Below, piece by piece: positions 16,880 to 24,187 of a stretch of DNA of 38,199 nt. Within the stretch, counting starts at the first letter, position 1. The number at the start of each line of letters is the position of its first letter. The position numbers and the translations under genes are program-made. Origin of the DNA: a virus. Its lineage: Duplodnaviria > Caudoviricetes. Location of the stretch: the IMG/VR virus record IMGVR_UViG_3300030037_000002, positions 1 to 38,199 of that record; one strand, written 5' to 3'. The notes below the pieces were generated by a model. That model ran no database searches. It was not told where the DNA came from and saw only the letters and a program-made list of their open reading frames with translations.

Positions 16880-17230
16880 TTACCACCTTCCCGTTTTTGT
16901 TCGTGTGTCGATATGGGTGAATGTTTCGTAACTGCCAATACCATACATATCCATATACATTAGCTCTAAGTGCTTTTGAACCTCTTTAGGCTCTACACCT
17001 TCGATTTGTATATCCGCTGCTCGCCCTTTGATATGGCAAGATGTTTCAGCGCCACCGATAGCTTTATTATAAGACGGACACCTATTCCCTGATGTTATGC
17101 GAATAGGCGCCTTAAACTTATCTCTGAGCATCTGAAGAACTTCTATCAACTCAGCGTCAACAGTGTCGTAATCGCATTTACCGCATTTACATTTAAACTC
17201 TGAACGATAGAAATTCTTAGATAGTTTCAT
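16880..17230 (-). CDS. Endolysin, peptidase M15A family
   Basis: LSKNF..EFKCKCG, ITSGNRC, SCHIKGRAADI and FTHIDTR zinc-peptidase motifs. Confidence 0.93.
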   Translation of the reverse strand: MKLSKNFYRSEFKCKCGKCDYDTVDAELIEVLQMLRDKFKAPIRITSGNRCPSYNKAIGGAETSCHIKGRAADIQIEGVEPKEVQKHLELMYMDMYGIGSYETFTHIDTRTKTGRW

Positions 17231-17607
17231 TAGGGAAAGCGTCTCGTTAAGTCGTTTTCAGCACATGCTACTGCGCAATCCAACGGTGCCATATTACTAG
17301 CTAGTATAGCCTGAATCTCTGGGTGCTCCAAATCTACAACCAAAACGTCAGTATATACGCCATCTTCTTCAACTTTTAACGGTCGTGAGCGATAGCCGTC
17401 AATTTGAGTTTGATGGTTATACCAATAGTTTGTATTGTAACTGATGCCTTCGACTTTATTTGTGACTGAGTATCCGTCAGTTGTATTTGTAGCTAGTGCA
17501 GTTGTTTGCAGCGAGCTAGATACTCCATAGATTGCAGCGTATGCACCATCCATTCGACCAAATTGATCTACAATAGTGCATGTTAGTGTTTTGACTTGTG
17601 GTGTCAT
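17230..17607 (-). CDS. Hypothetical protein
   Basis: TAAGGA RBS; TAATG coupling to the endolysin. Confidence 0.75.
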   Translation of the reverse strand: MTPQVKTLTCTIVDQFGRMDGAYAAIYGVSSSLQTTALATNTTDGYSVTNKVEGISYNTNYWYNHQTQIDGYRSRPLKVEEDGVYTDVLVVDLEHPEIQAILASNMAPLDCAVACAENDLTRRFP

Positions 17608-17618
17608 AGTTTATTTCC

Positions 17619-18065
17619 TTACGGGTTAAGTTGATTGTCGTCGTGTAACTGACCTAGTGTAACATCTGGGGTCGGTGAGTCTCCATCAATAATATTTAAC
17701 TCTAGCGCCTCTTTTTCATCCGTAAGTAAATCCATTAGCAAGTCATCAAGTCCGCTAATCTCTAATACTTTCTCTCCTACCTGATGCTTAACTGTAGGGT
17801 CAATGTCTGGCATATCTTCATGCGCCCATAGTTTTTTAATTACGCCTAGTGCTTTTTTGTTATCAGTTAATCGCTCGCCACCGAAAGATATGGCATTATC
17901 AGCCGCAAAGTCAATAAGCAAGTCAGAAGATGTAATCTCCTTTGCTTTATTGATTAACTCATCAGTCAATGGCATTAACTCAAAATCAACACCTTCAACA
18001 GTAAAGTCTACTGGTAAAAACTTTAGCGCTTGCTCTAAATAATTACTTACATTTAACATATTCAT
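17619..18065 (-). CDS. Acidic hypothetical protein
   Basis: 148 aa, GGGT RBS, D/E-rich. Confidence 0.75.
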   Translation of the reverse strand: MNMLNVSNYLEQALKFLPVDFTVEGVDFELMPLTDELINKAKEITSSDLLIDFAADNAISFGGERLTDNKKALGVIKKLWAHEDMPDIDPTVKHQVGEKVLEISGLDDLLMDLLTDEKEALELNIIDGDSPTPDVTLGQLHDDNQLNP

Positions 18066-18072
18066 TACCCCG

Positions 18073-18519
18073 TTAGTTAAACCAGCGTCGAAATCCGACG
18101 AAAGCCCCTTTATCAGAATAATATGTAATTAAGCTGATATCAGTATTAAGCGCATAACCTGCCCCGATTCTATAACCGAGTTTAGCCTGTGCACTGTTGT
18201 AATTTATCGACGTAAAGCCTGACCATCTTCTATCGTAAAAGCTGCCATGCAATCCATATTCAAACTCTTTACTGCCTGTTCGATCAACAGTACCCATTAC
18301 ACGAAAATAGTTGTTATTCCATCCTGTGCCGATACCGTATGATGATGCTCCTTCACCAAGCTCTGCGCGAATATAAACAGGCCCGTAAGCATTCATGTTG
18401 ACTTGCATGCTTAAACCGTCGCGATAACCTATGTCAGCGTATCCATCACTACATACAGCTCCTGTGTAAGTTAGGATTGTTAACATCAACACCAATCTTA
18501 TTGCTTTTCTTAAAATCAT
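18073..18519 (-). CDS. Putative outer-membrane beta-barrel protein with signal peptide
   Basis: GGAG RBS; MILRKAIRLVLMLTILTYTGAVCS signal; alternating G/aromatic strands; ends FVGFRRWFN. Confidence 0.6.
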   Translation of the reverse strand: MILRKAIRLVLMLTILTYTGAVCSDGYADIGYRDGLSMQVNMNAYGPVYIRAELGEGASSYGIGTGWNNNYFRVMGTVDRTGSKEFEYGLHGSFYDRRWSGFTSINYNSAQAKLGYRIGAGYALNTDISLITYYSDKGAFVGFRRWFN

Positions 18520-18691
18520 TTTCAAACTCCAAGCACTTATCGCATACACCTACTAGCTTCTTGTCCCTGTCATCAGTCCAGTAATGATTATCTCGTTTTG
18601 GGATCAGAAAAGCCGCCTTAACAATTTTGGGCGGCTTATTGAGTAGGCAATTAAAACACCACACTCTGAGTAGGCTTGTTTTTTTAGTCAT
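18449..18691 (-). CDS. Possible CxxC/CxxC zinc-finger protein
   Basis: CFNC and CDKC motifs; contains a terminator-like hairpin, so the call is uncertain. Confidence 0.4.
   Translation of the reverse strand: MTKKTSLLRVWCFNCLLNKPPKIVKAAFLIPKRDNHYWTDDRDKKLVGVCDKCLEFENDFKKSNKIGVDVNNPNLHRSCM
18607..18637 (-). terminator. Terminator-like hairpin
   Basis: AAGCCGCC...GGCGGCTTTT on the minus strand. Confidence 0.45.
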
Positions 18692-18715
18692 TCATCCATT
18701 ATACAGTATTGATTA

Positions 18716-19069
18716 TTACTTAACAAAAGTTCCCCAAATTAATGTAGCTACATACCAAGAATTAGCCCTGAACCATCGACCCTCACTAAGCAATATTTCA
18801 CGTAAAACAGTGCTAGCCTTTAAGTTTGTGCATTCTGAACCGTCTGAAAAGCATTTATTACGCTTCAGCACATCATGCATTAACCAGCCAAATGAGTTGA
18901 TATCCTTTGCCCCGGTAGCTCCGTCATATGGCGCGTCGGTAATATGAATTTCAACGCGCTTCTGGTATCGCTCGCTAAAATAAGATTTATGCTTAATTAC
19001 CTGGTAACGCCTTCTGTACCACTTAGACCCTTTAGTCTCCATTATGTATTTGTAGATTGATTCTTTCAT
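18716..19069 (-). CDS. DUF1353-like protein
   Basis: YDGAT...WLMHDVL...AS..LREIL pattern. Confidence 0.65.
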   Translation of the reverse strand: MKESIYKYIMETKGSKWYRRRYQVIKHKSYFSERYQKRVEIHITDAPYDGATGAKDINSFGWLMHDVLKRNKCFSDGSECTNLKASTVLREILLSEGRWFRANSWYVATLIWGTFVK

Positions 19070-19079
19070 GCCTACCTCG

Positions 19080-19427
19080 TTAATAAAGCTTATTTAAATA
19101 CCTTTCATACTGCGCCTTGTATTTACTTAGCGAGCGATTATGTCGGTGCTTTCCTGCGAATATCGGTAGTATAGGAGAAAATAAAATCATAACAGGCAAC
19201 TGAACAAACCACCCTAACTCAGTAGAAAGTCCGTCAAATAACTTTAACTCTGCAATGATTCTTTTAGGAAACACCTTGTACTGCCATAATATTTCCCTGA
19301 ACAATCCACGAGTTACAACAGCCCTATCGCTATTACCTTCAGGATCGTAAGTGTCGTTATTTACTGGCTTATCTAATTCGCTCTTCAGGTAATCATCAAA
19401 GCAAAGCTCTGTAATACTATCTTTCAT
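19080..19427 (-). CDS. Hypothetical membrane protein
   Basis: One hydrophobic stretch; ATGA overlap with the upstream gene. Confidence 0.65.
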   Translation of the reverse strand: MKDSITELCFDDYLKSELDKPVNNDTYDPEGNSDRAVVTRGLFREILWQYKVFPKRIIAELKLFDGLSTELGWFVQLPVMILFSPILPIFAGKHRHNRSLSKYKAQYERYLNKLY

Positions 19428-19660
19428 GATACTGCCTCAGCCTTAGGTATTGCAATCACTCTAAAGGCTTCGTTCTTTGTGATTAAGTTTTTAGCGTTAG
19501 AGAATTTAAACGGGCATACTGCTTTTACTTCATCGTTTGATATAGTGATGATTCCCGTCTTCATATCGTTATCGCTTTTAACCGCTGTAACATTGCAGAT
19601 ATCACCAACAAAGAATCTACTGTTTTTTCCTACTGCTAAGCAGCGAAGTTTTATCTGCAT
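19424..19660 (-). CDS. Hypothetical protein
   Basis: TAAGGA RBS; TGTTATAAT upstream at 19702-19710. Confidence 0.6.
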   Translation of the reverse strand: MQIKLRCLAVGKNSRFFVGDICNVTAVKSDNDMKTGIITISNDEVKAVCPFKFSNAKNLITKNEAFRVIAIPKAEAVS

Positions 19661-19776
19661 CAGGCTTCTTCCTTATTATCAGGTGTTCTAGGTTAGGTAT
19701 AATTATAACAGGTAACGGTATTCGTTTTAACATTATACTCCTTATGGCGATAGTGTTTAGTTATCGCCCTTGTTGG

Positions 19777-19947
19777 TTACTTTTCGCTTATCGAACCAGA
19801 TAGTCCGCCTATAATGACGATCCCTAAATACCCACCAGCAACCCATCCCCAACTCTTAACCTCTAACCCCCACCCGTGATACATTACAGCAATAGATAAT
19901 ACCATAGTCAAAAGCGTCAAAAATAGCGTGCTTAATAATTTACTCAT
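19777..19947 (-). CDS. Small two-TM membrane protein
   Basis: Two hydrophobic segments flanking GWGLEVKSWGW; ATG at 19947. Confidence 0.6.
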   Translation of the reverse strand: MSKLLSTLFLTLLTMVLSIAVMYHGWGLEVKSWGWVAGGYLGIVIIGGLSGSISEK

Positions 19948-19948
19948 T

Positions 19949-20110
19949 TTATCTCTCACTTAATTTAATTGTTAAATACCATACCAGCAGGTCATTACAA
20001 CCCTGTCCGATATACTTACCATGATACAAGTCGTAAAACGCAGCACCAATAAATAATGGCTTTCTGCAAAACTTACATCGTCTATCAGTGTGTGTTTTAG
20101 CTATATTCAT
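19949..20110 (-). CDS. 53-aa hypothetical protein (CxxC)
   Basis: AAGGA RBS; MNIAKTHTDRRCKFCRKPLF... Confidence 0.5.
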   Translation of the reverse strand: MNIAKTHTDRRCKFCRKPLFIGAAFYDLYHGKYIGQGCNDLLVWYLTIKLSER

Positions 20111-20147
20111 GTTATAGCGTCCTTGCTTGTTGTTTAGTTATTGTTGA

Positions 20148-20570
20148 TTAGAAAGGCACGTCATCGTCAAAATCAATTGATGGTGCTTGTGGGTTTATAG
20201 CTGGCGCTTGCTTCTGAACAAACCCTGCCGCTGCTGCCTGTTGTGTTGCTTGTTGTTGAAACTTAGCTGGAGCTTGCTGGTTAGGAACAAACCCGCCATT
20301 TTGTTTAGGCGCTTGCGGCACTGCTGCTTTCAACTCATTCAAGCCATAAAATATTTTACCGTTACCTATGATTGGCATTTGAACGCCACCTTCACGTTCC
20401 TCTTTACTGCATGATTGAGTTGCAAATCCATGATCGCCATATTGGCCTTCGTTTTCAGGATCTAAAAACATAGTAATGTCTACATACAGTGCGCCTGATT
20501 GGGCTGCAAAGAAACGCGCTTTATCTAATTTTTTCACATCTAGTTTGATGTTAATTCCGATCTTGCTCAT
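20148..20570 (-). CDS. Single-stranded DNA-binding protein (phage type)
   Basis: Q/A/P-rich linker and acidic tail DFDDDVPF; directly after the ERF gene. Confidence 0.8.
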   Translation of the reverse strand: MSKIGINIKLDVKKLDKARFFAAQSGALYVDITMFLDPENEGQYGDHGFATQSCSKEEREGGVQMPIIGNGKIFYGLNELKAAVPQAPKQNGGFVPNQQAPAKFQQQATQQAAAAGFVQKQAPAINPQAPSIDFDDDVPF

Positions 20571-20599
20571 TTTATTTATTTCCTATATTGGTTGATTGT

Positions 20600-21145
20600 T
20601 TATATTAAGCTTATTACTTGTTCTTTTATTTTTCCGGTTAAATTCGGATCATCAATTGTTGTTTGTTTACTTTTTATTGCCTCAATCCATGAATTTACAG
20701 CCTCGCTAGTTTGTTGTATTTCGTAAGCTTCTGCGTCAGCTTCAGACATTGTTGCTTCGGTCGGTATAAAGAAAGATTGAAATGCAGCGTACTTCAGAGC
20801 GATAGACATCGCCTTATTTGTCGCCTTGTCGCCTGAGTCCATTGCCTCACCGATAGTTTGCACGGTGTGCTTGCTGCCGTCTTTAGCTGATACAAAATCA
20901 AACTCAGCATCAACAGTCACATAAAAAACTGTACCTCCATTCTTGGTTAGCTTCTCTGTAACTGTTCGATTCTTAATTCTAGGTAAAATCAACAACTCAT
21001 GCTTAGCAAGCAATGGAGCTAGCGCGTTGTAAACCGCATCTATCCCTCTAAACTGCCAGCCTTGAGACTTATTCTTTGAGTCTTTACCTATACCAGTACT
21101 GGCCATCTCCCCAATTATTGCTGCTATTGATTTATAAACTTCCAT
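20600..21145 (-). CDS. erf: ERF-family single-strand annealing protein
   Basis: FRGIDAVYNALAPLL and GEAMDSGDKATNKAMSIALKYA motifs. Confidence 0.9.
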   Translation of the reverse strand: MEVYKSIAAIIGEMASTGIGKDSKNKSQGWQFRGIDAVYNALAPLLAKHELLILPRIKNRTVTEKLTKNGGTVFYVTVDAEFDFVSAKDGSKHTVQTIGEAMDSGDKATNKAMSIALKYAAFQSFFIPTEATMSEADAEAYEIQQTSEAVNSWIEAIKSKQTTIDDPNLTGKIKEQVISLI

Positions 21146-21288
21146 TAAAATACCCTCTCCTCTTTTTCTAGTTTATCAATGGCTGCGCTAGCTTTATGTA
21201 GTGCGCTTTCGAAGTCGTCACACTCAAACGCTTTGAATTCATTTTCCTTTTCAGGGTCATCGTGAATAATTTCAACCTTGATAATCAT
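21145..21288 (-). CDS. 47-aa acidic hypothetical protein
   Basis: GGAGAG RBS; overlaps both neighbours (ATGA and TAATG). Confidence 0.6.
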   Translation of the reverse strand: MIIKVEIIHDDPEKENEFKAFECDDFESALHKASAAIDKLEKEERVF

Positions 21289-21653
21289 ATTCTTCTCTCC
21301 CTTGTTTCTTTGTACATATATTCAGCGTATGCCTTTGAACAATCAGCAGCACTGTAAGGCTTACCCTCTAATTCAATCATGTATTGCTTAGTGTTAATTT
21401 CACGTAAAGCTGAATGATACCAATCAACCATGTTACTAGCCGTGTAAAACTCTTCAGCTCCACCTAACGAAGTAAAATCAATCATAACTACCTTTGCCTT
21501 TAGCGTTTCCATATGGTCGATTATTTCACCCCTACGTAACGATAGGAACTCCAAATCAACACCGAATGTAGGTAGCTTGTAATCATATTGGTTACGTTGA
21601 AACCAGTATTTAATTTTACGGATTTCTAATTCGTTCTCTTCGTGTTTATTCAT
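21285..21653 (-). CDS. Hypothetical protein, first gene of the recombination operon
   Basis: GGAGAG RBS before the ATG at 21653; the ORF-track start at 21704 lies within the promoter. Confidence 0.7.
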   Translation of the reverse strand: MNKHEENELEIRKIKYWFQRNQYDYKLPTFGVDLEFLSLRRGEIIDHMETLKAKVVMIDFTSLGGAEEFYTASNMVDWYHSALREINTKQYMIELEGKPYSAADCSKAYAEYMYKETRERRI

Positions 21654-21681
21654 TAAGTCTCTCCGTGTTGTTGATGATTGA

Positions 21682-21764
21682 ATCTTAGCACAATGATTGA
21701 ACACTGCAAGTACTTTTTAAGTATTATTTTAGTACTTGATACTTTAACTGTTATGTATTAGTAT
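21682..21764. promoter_or_regulatory. Divergent sigma70-like promoter pair
   Basis: Leftward TTGCAG-16-TAAGAT with TGn extension (21709-21682); rightward TTGATA-17-TAGTAT (21736-21764). Confidence 0.6.
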
Positions 21765-21792
21765 TATTGAAAATCAATTAAGGGTAACAACA

Positions 21793-21951
21793 ATGAAAGA
21801 GAAAAAGTATAAACCGAAGAATCACGCGAAGATGTATGCACCAGACAATATCCTTGATGCACTAAAGGAAACAGCTAAAGAACAAGGTATGTCGCAAACT
21901 CAATTCATGTTACTAGCTGTTAAAGCTAAAATTAAACAGGTGAATAAATAA
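21793..21951 (+). CDS. 52-aa ribbon-helix-helix (Arc-like) regulator
   Basis: KMYAPDNILDALKETAKEQGMSQTQFMLLAV; TAAGGGT RBS. Confidence 0.7.
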   Translation: MKEKKYKPKNHAKMYAPDNILDALKETAKEQGMSQTQFMLLAVKAKIKQVNK

Positions 21952-22011
21952 TGATTACATCAACAGGAACGGGCATATTTTACAAACCAACCAACAAAGG
22001 GAATAAATAAA

Positions 22012-22149
22012 ATGAACGAGGAATCAAAAAAGAAAGCATGGCTCGGGCTTACAGAGTCAATAGCCGCAAACCAACGAGCTATAAAAACTCAAGTAGCTAG
22101 TGAATATTCTTTTAATGAACTAATGAAGGAGCTTAAATCATGTCAATAA
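22012..22149 (+). CDS. 45-aa hypothetical protein
   Basis: AAGGGA RBS; overlaps the next gene. Confidence 0.55.
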   Translation: MNEESKKKAWLGLTESIAANQRAIKTQVASEYSFNELMKELKSCQ

Positions 22150-22328
22150 ACACTTTACTACCAACCGAAATAGCACGCCACATCCAAAACACTAACCCGC
22201 CAAAGGTTACGTTAACATCATCACATGGAGTTGCTTATAAGTCTGTACGTGAGCGTAAAGAGGCGTTAGCGATTAAAGCTTTGGAAAGTAATCAGTATGA
22301 TTGGTCGCATTGCCAAGACATTCACTAG
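22140..22328 (+). CDS. 62-aa hypothetical protein
   Basis: AAGGAG RBS; followed by a terminator. Confidence 0.65.
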   Translation: MSINTLLPTEIARHIQNTNPPKVTLTSSHGVAYKSVRERKEALAIKALESNQYDWSHCQDIH

Positions 22329-22345
22329 TTAATACTTAAATAGAT

Positions 22346-22368
22346 AAACCCCTTAATTGGGGTTTTTT
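22346..22368 (+). terminator. Intrinsic terminator of the rightward operon
   Basis: AAACCCC-ttaatt-GGGGTTTTTT. Confidence 0.75.
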
Positions 22369-22389
22369 ATTGACTTGAATTTAACACAT

Positions 22390-22465
22390 AAAAAAGCCCC
22401 GCATTTTACTGCGAGGCTTTACCAACAAGAGGAACATAAATGAGAGGAACCAACAACACACTTAT
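22390..22465 (-). ncRNA. Candidate ~75-nt small RNA / regulatory 3' UTR with its own terminator
   Basis: TGTTATGAT extended -10 at 22479-22471; U/G-rich body with two GTTCCTCT anti-SD tracts; terminator AAAGCCTCGCA-gtaaaa-TGCGGGGCTTTTTT. Confidence 0.5.
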
Positions 22466-22492
22466 ACCCCATCATAACACACTTTATTCCGG

Positions 22493-22648
22493 TTATTTAC
22501 TTAAATCATCAATAAGCTTATTAACGGATTTGGCAAATGTCGATTCAACCGTGTAGCGCTTGCTATCCTCTCTAGCTAAAATTATGAATTCAGGGTTTGC
22601 TATTGCCGTGAGCATAAGTTGCTGCCTAAAAGTTAATTCTTCTTTCAT
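22493..22648 (-). CDS. 51-aa hypothetical protein (cassette array)
   Basis: Starts within the repeat module GAGGGATTATAAAATG. Confidence 0.7.
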   Translation of the reverse strand: MKEELTFRQQLMLTAIANPEFIILAREDSKRYTVESTFAKSVNKLIDDLSK

Positions 22649-22670
22649 TTTATAATCCCTCTATTATGTT

Positions 22671-22964
22671 TTATTTACTAACTGCTTGAAACATTGATGA
22701 CATCTTAAGGTGTTTAATATTCTTACCTTTAACAGCCTTTGACATTGATAGCAAGTAAGCAGAAAGTCTATCTCCGGCATCCTCTGGCGTTGACTGAGGT
22801 GACATATCATTAATCAACATTTGAGCTGTCCAGCAATCTGAGTGCACATCTTTTTCAAATATAGCAACTGATTCATAACCAGTACCTTTTTTAATATCAA
22901 TCATTCCGTGAAAGTTAATTGTAAACTTACCAGCTTCTGCTTTTCTTAATTGTATTGAACTCAT
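22671..22964 (-). CDS. Hypothetical protein (cassette array)
   Basis: Starts in the repeat module. Confidence 0.75.
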   Translation of the reverse strand: MSSIQLRKAEAGKFTINFHGMIDIKKGTGYESVAIFEKDVHSDCWTAQMLINDMSPQSTPEDAGDRLSAYLLSMSKAVKGKNIKHLKMSSMFQAVSK

Positions 22965-22980
22965 TTTATAATCCCTCTAT

Positions 22981-23112
22981 TTATAGGTCTTCGTACTCTT
23001 CTTCAATATTATTAACAACAACCTCGTACTCTCTAGCTGTCAGATCACCACTTTCCAAATCTTCATACGCCTGCTCAAGCGAGTACATTTTATTTATTTC
23101 CGTCTGTCTCAT
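22981..23112 (-). CDS. 43-aa highly acidic protein (cassette array)
   Basis: MRQTEINKMYSLEQAYEDLESGDLTAREYEVVVNNIEEEYEDL; bounded by repeat modules. Confidence 0.75.
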   Translation of the reverse strand: MRQTEINKMYSLEQAYEDLESGDLTAREYEVVVNNIEEEYEDL

Positions 23113-23113
23113 T

Positions 23114-23362
23114 TTATAATCCCTCTTTGTTATTTAATTTTTTGCTAAGTAATTCAGATGGTGACTTGCCACCGATTATGTCGTGATACTCTCCATCAAC
23201 CATGTACTGCAAGAAATAGTGCTTAGCTTCATCAATTGCCTGCTCAATAGTTGGAGCATCAACACCCCACAAACCCTTAATACAATCGACAGTAACTCTT
23301 CCTTTTTTTACTTTTACCTTCGTGCATTTTTCAAACTTTTCAAATTCTGATAATTCTTTCAT
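23114..23362 (-). CDS. Hypothetical protein (cassette array)
   Basis: Starts in the repeat and reads through the next copy (LNNKEGL). Confidence 0.75.
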   Translation of the reverse strand: MKELSEFEKFEKCTKVKVKKGRVTVDCIKGLWGVDAPTIEQAIDEAKHYFLQYMVDGEYHDIIGGKSPSELLSKKLNNKEGL

Positions 23363-23420
23363 TTTATAATCCCTCTTTGTTATTTAATTGTATCTGTTTC
23401 TTTTCGTAATATGCTATTGT

Positions 23421-23633
23421 TTACCTCTGTTTATTTAGCGTAAGCTCTATTGATTGCTGCATTCTCAATAAGTTAGCTCGGCTTGTTACATCAAAATCAA
23501 TTTGGATACTTTTACCCTCATAATCACCAGTTAACGTAAAGTAATACTCGCCATCTTGTTCAAGTAAGTGCATAGTTTGAACGCCTGAGCTATTCTTAGC
23601 GTACATATTAAATCTAACCTCGCTGCTATTCAT
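23421..23633 (-). CDS. Hypothetical protein (cassette array)
   Basis: Starts in the repeat module. Confidence 0.75.
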   Translation of the reverse strand: MNSSEVRFNMYAKNSSGVQTMHLLEQDGEYYFTLTGDYEGKSIQIDFDVTSRANLLRMQQSIELTLNKQR

Positions 23634-23650
23634 CTTATAATCCCTCTTTG

Positions 23651-23989
23651 TTATTTAAAAAAATGTTTTCGTCTTTTCCAGTAAGTGTTATTAAATCCAC
23701 CGATTAATTTTTCACAAGCAGCCCTAGATTTATTGCATATAAATCCACTGCCATCTGGTGTGCCTTGATAAACTAAAAATGAATCATCACACTTGAACTT
23801 AACTACGAAAACCTTTCCGTTAACTTTTATACTAAATCTTGGGTTATCATTTGAGTTATCCATCATTTTACAAAGGTAAGGCTGATCTGACTTAACCCCA
23901 ACTTTAACAAGCTCACTATCATCACTTACATATCCATAAACGAAAAACTTTACACCTTTACTAATATATATAGCATTTGCATCAATCAT
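23651..23989 (-). CDS. Hypothetical protein (cassette array)
   Basis: Starts and stops in repeat modules. Confidence 0.75.
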   Translation of the reverse strand: MIDANAIYISKGVKFFVYGYVSDDSELVKVGVKSDQPYLCKMMDNSNDNPRFSIKVNGKVFVVKFKCDDSFLVYQGTPDGSGFICNKSRAACEKLIGGFNNTYWKRRKHFFK

Positions 23990-24010
23990 TTTATAATCCC
24001 TCTTTGTTAT

Positions 24011-24187
24011 TTAGATAATGCCGTTACTTACTAAAACTTGATGCCAAGTCCTTTCAGTTTCTTGCTTTCTTTCTTTTAACGTTGCTTCAGCTTCGTTTAT
24101 GTCCATGCCGAAGTGCTCTTTAAATTCAACCCTTGTTTGTAGGTTGCTTTTTGTATCCTGAATACTGTGATTTTTGTTGTTGCTCAT
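24011..24187 (-). CDS. 58-aa hypothetical protein overlapping the dnaB 3' end
   Basis: AAGGAAG-ATG; MSNNKNHSIQ...WHQVLVSNGII; its stop is the TAA of the first repeat copy. Confidence 0.55.
   Translation of the reverse strand: MSNNKNHSIQDTKSNLQTRVEFKEHFGMDINEAEATLKERKQETERTWHQVLVSNGII

Larger units (their letters stand above)
22646..24013 (-). repeat. Six dispersed copies of the stop/RBS/start module TAAATAACAAAGAGGGATTATAAAATG
   Basis: Full 27-mer at 23110-23136, 23360-23386 and 23987-24013; one mismatch at 23631-23657; 17-bp core at 22646-22662 and 22962-22978. Confidence 0.95.

Noticed and set aside
22440-22556. Plus-strand ORF starting at the AGAGGA...ATG near 22440
   Set aside because: Lies downstream of a rightward terminator with no evident promoter and runs antisense to a cassette gene; the minus-strand RNA reading fits better, though it is not excluded
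22646-24013. CRISPR array
   Set aside because: Spacing is irregular (about 150-360 bp), the intervening sequences are full ORFs, the repeat is an RBS module, and there are no cas genes
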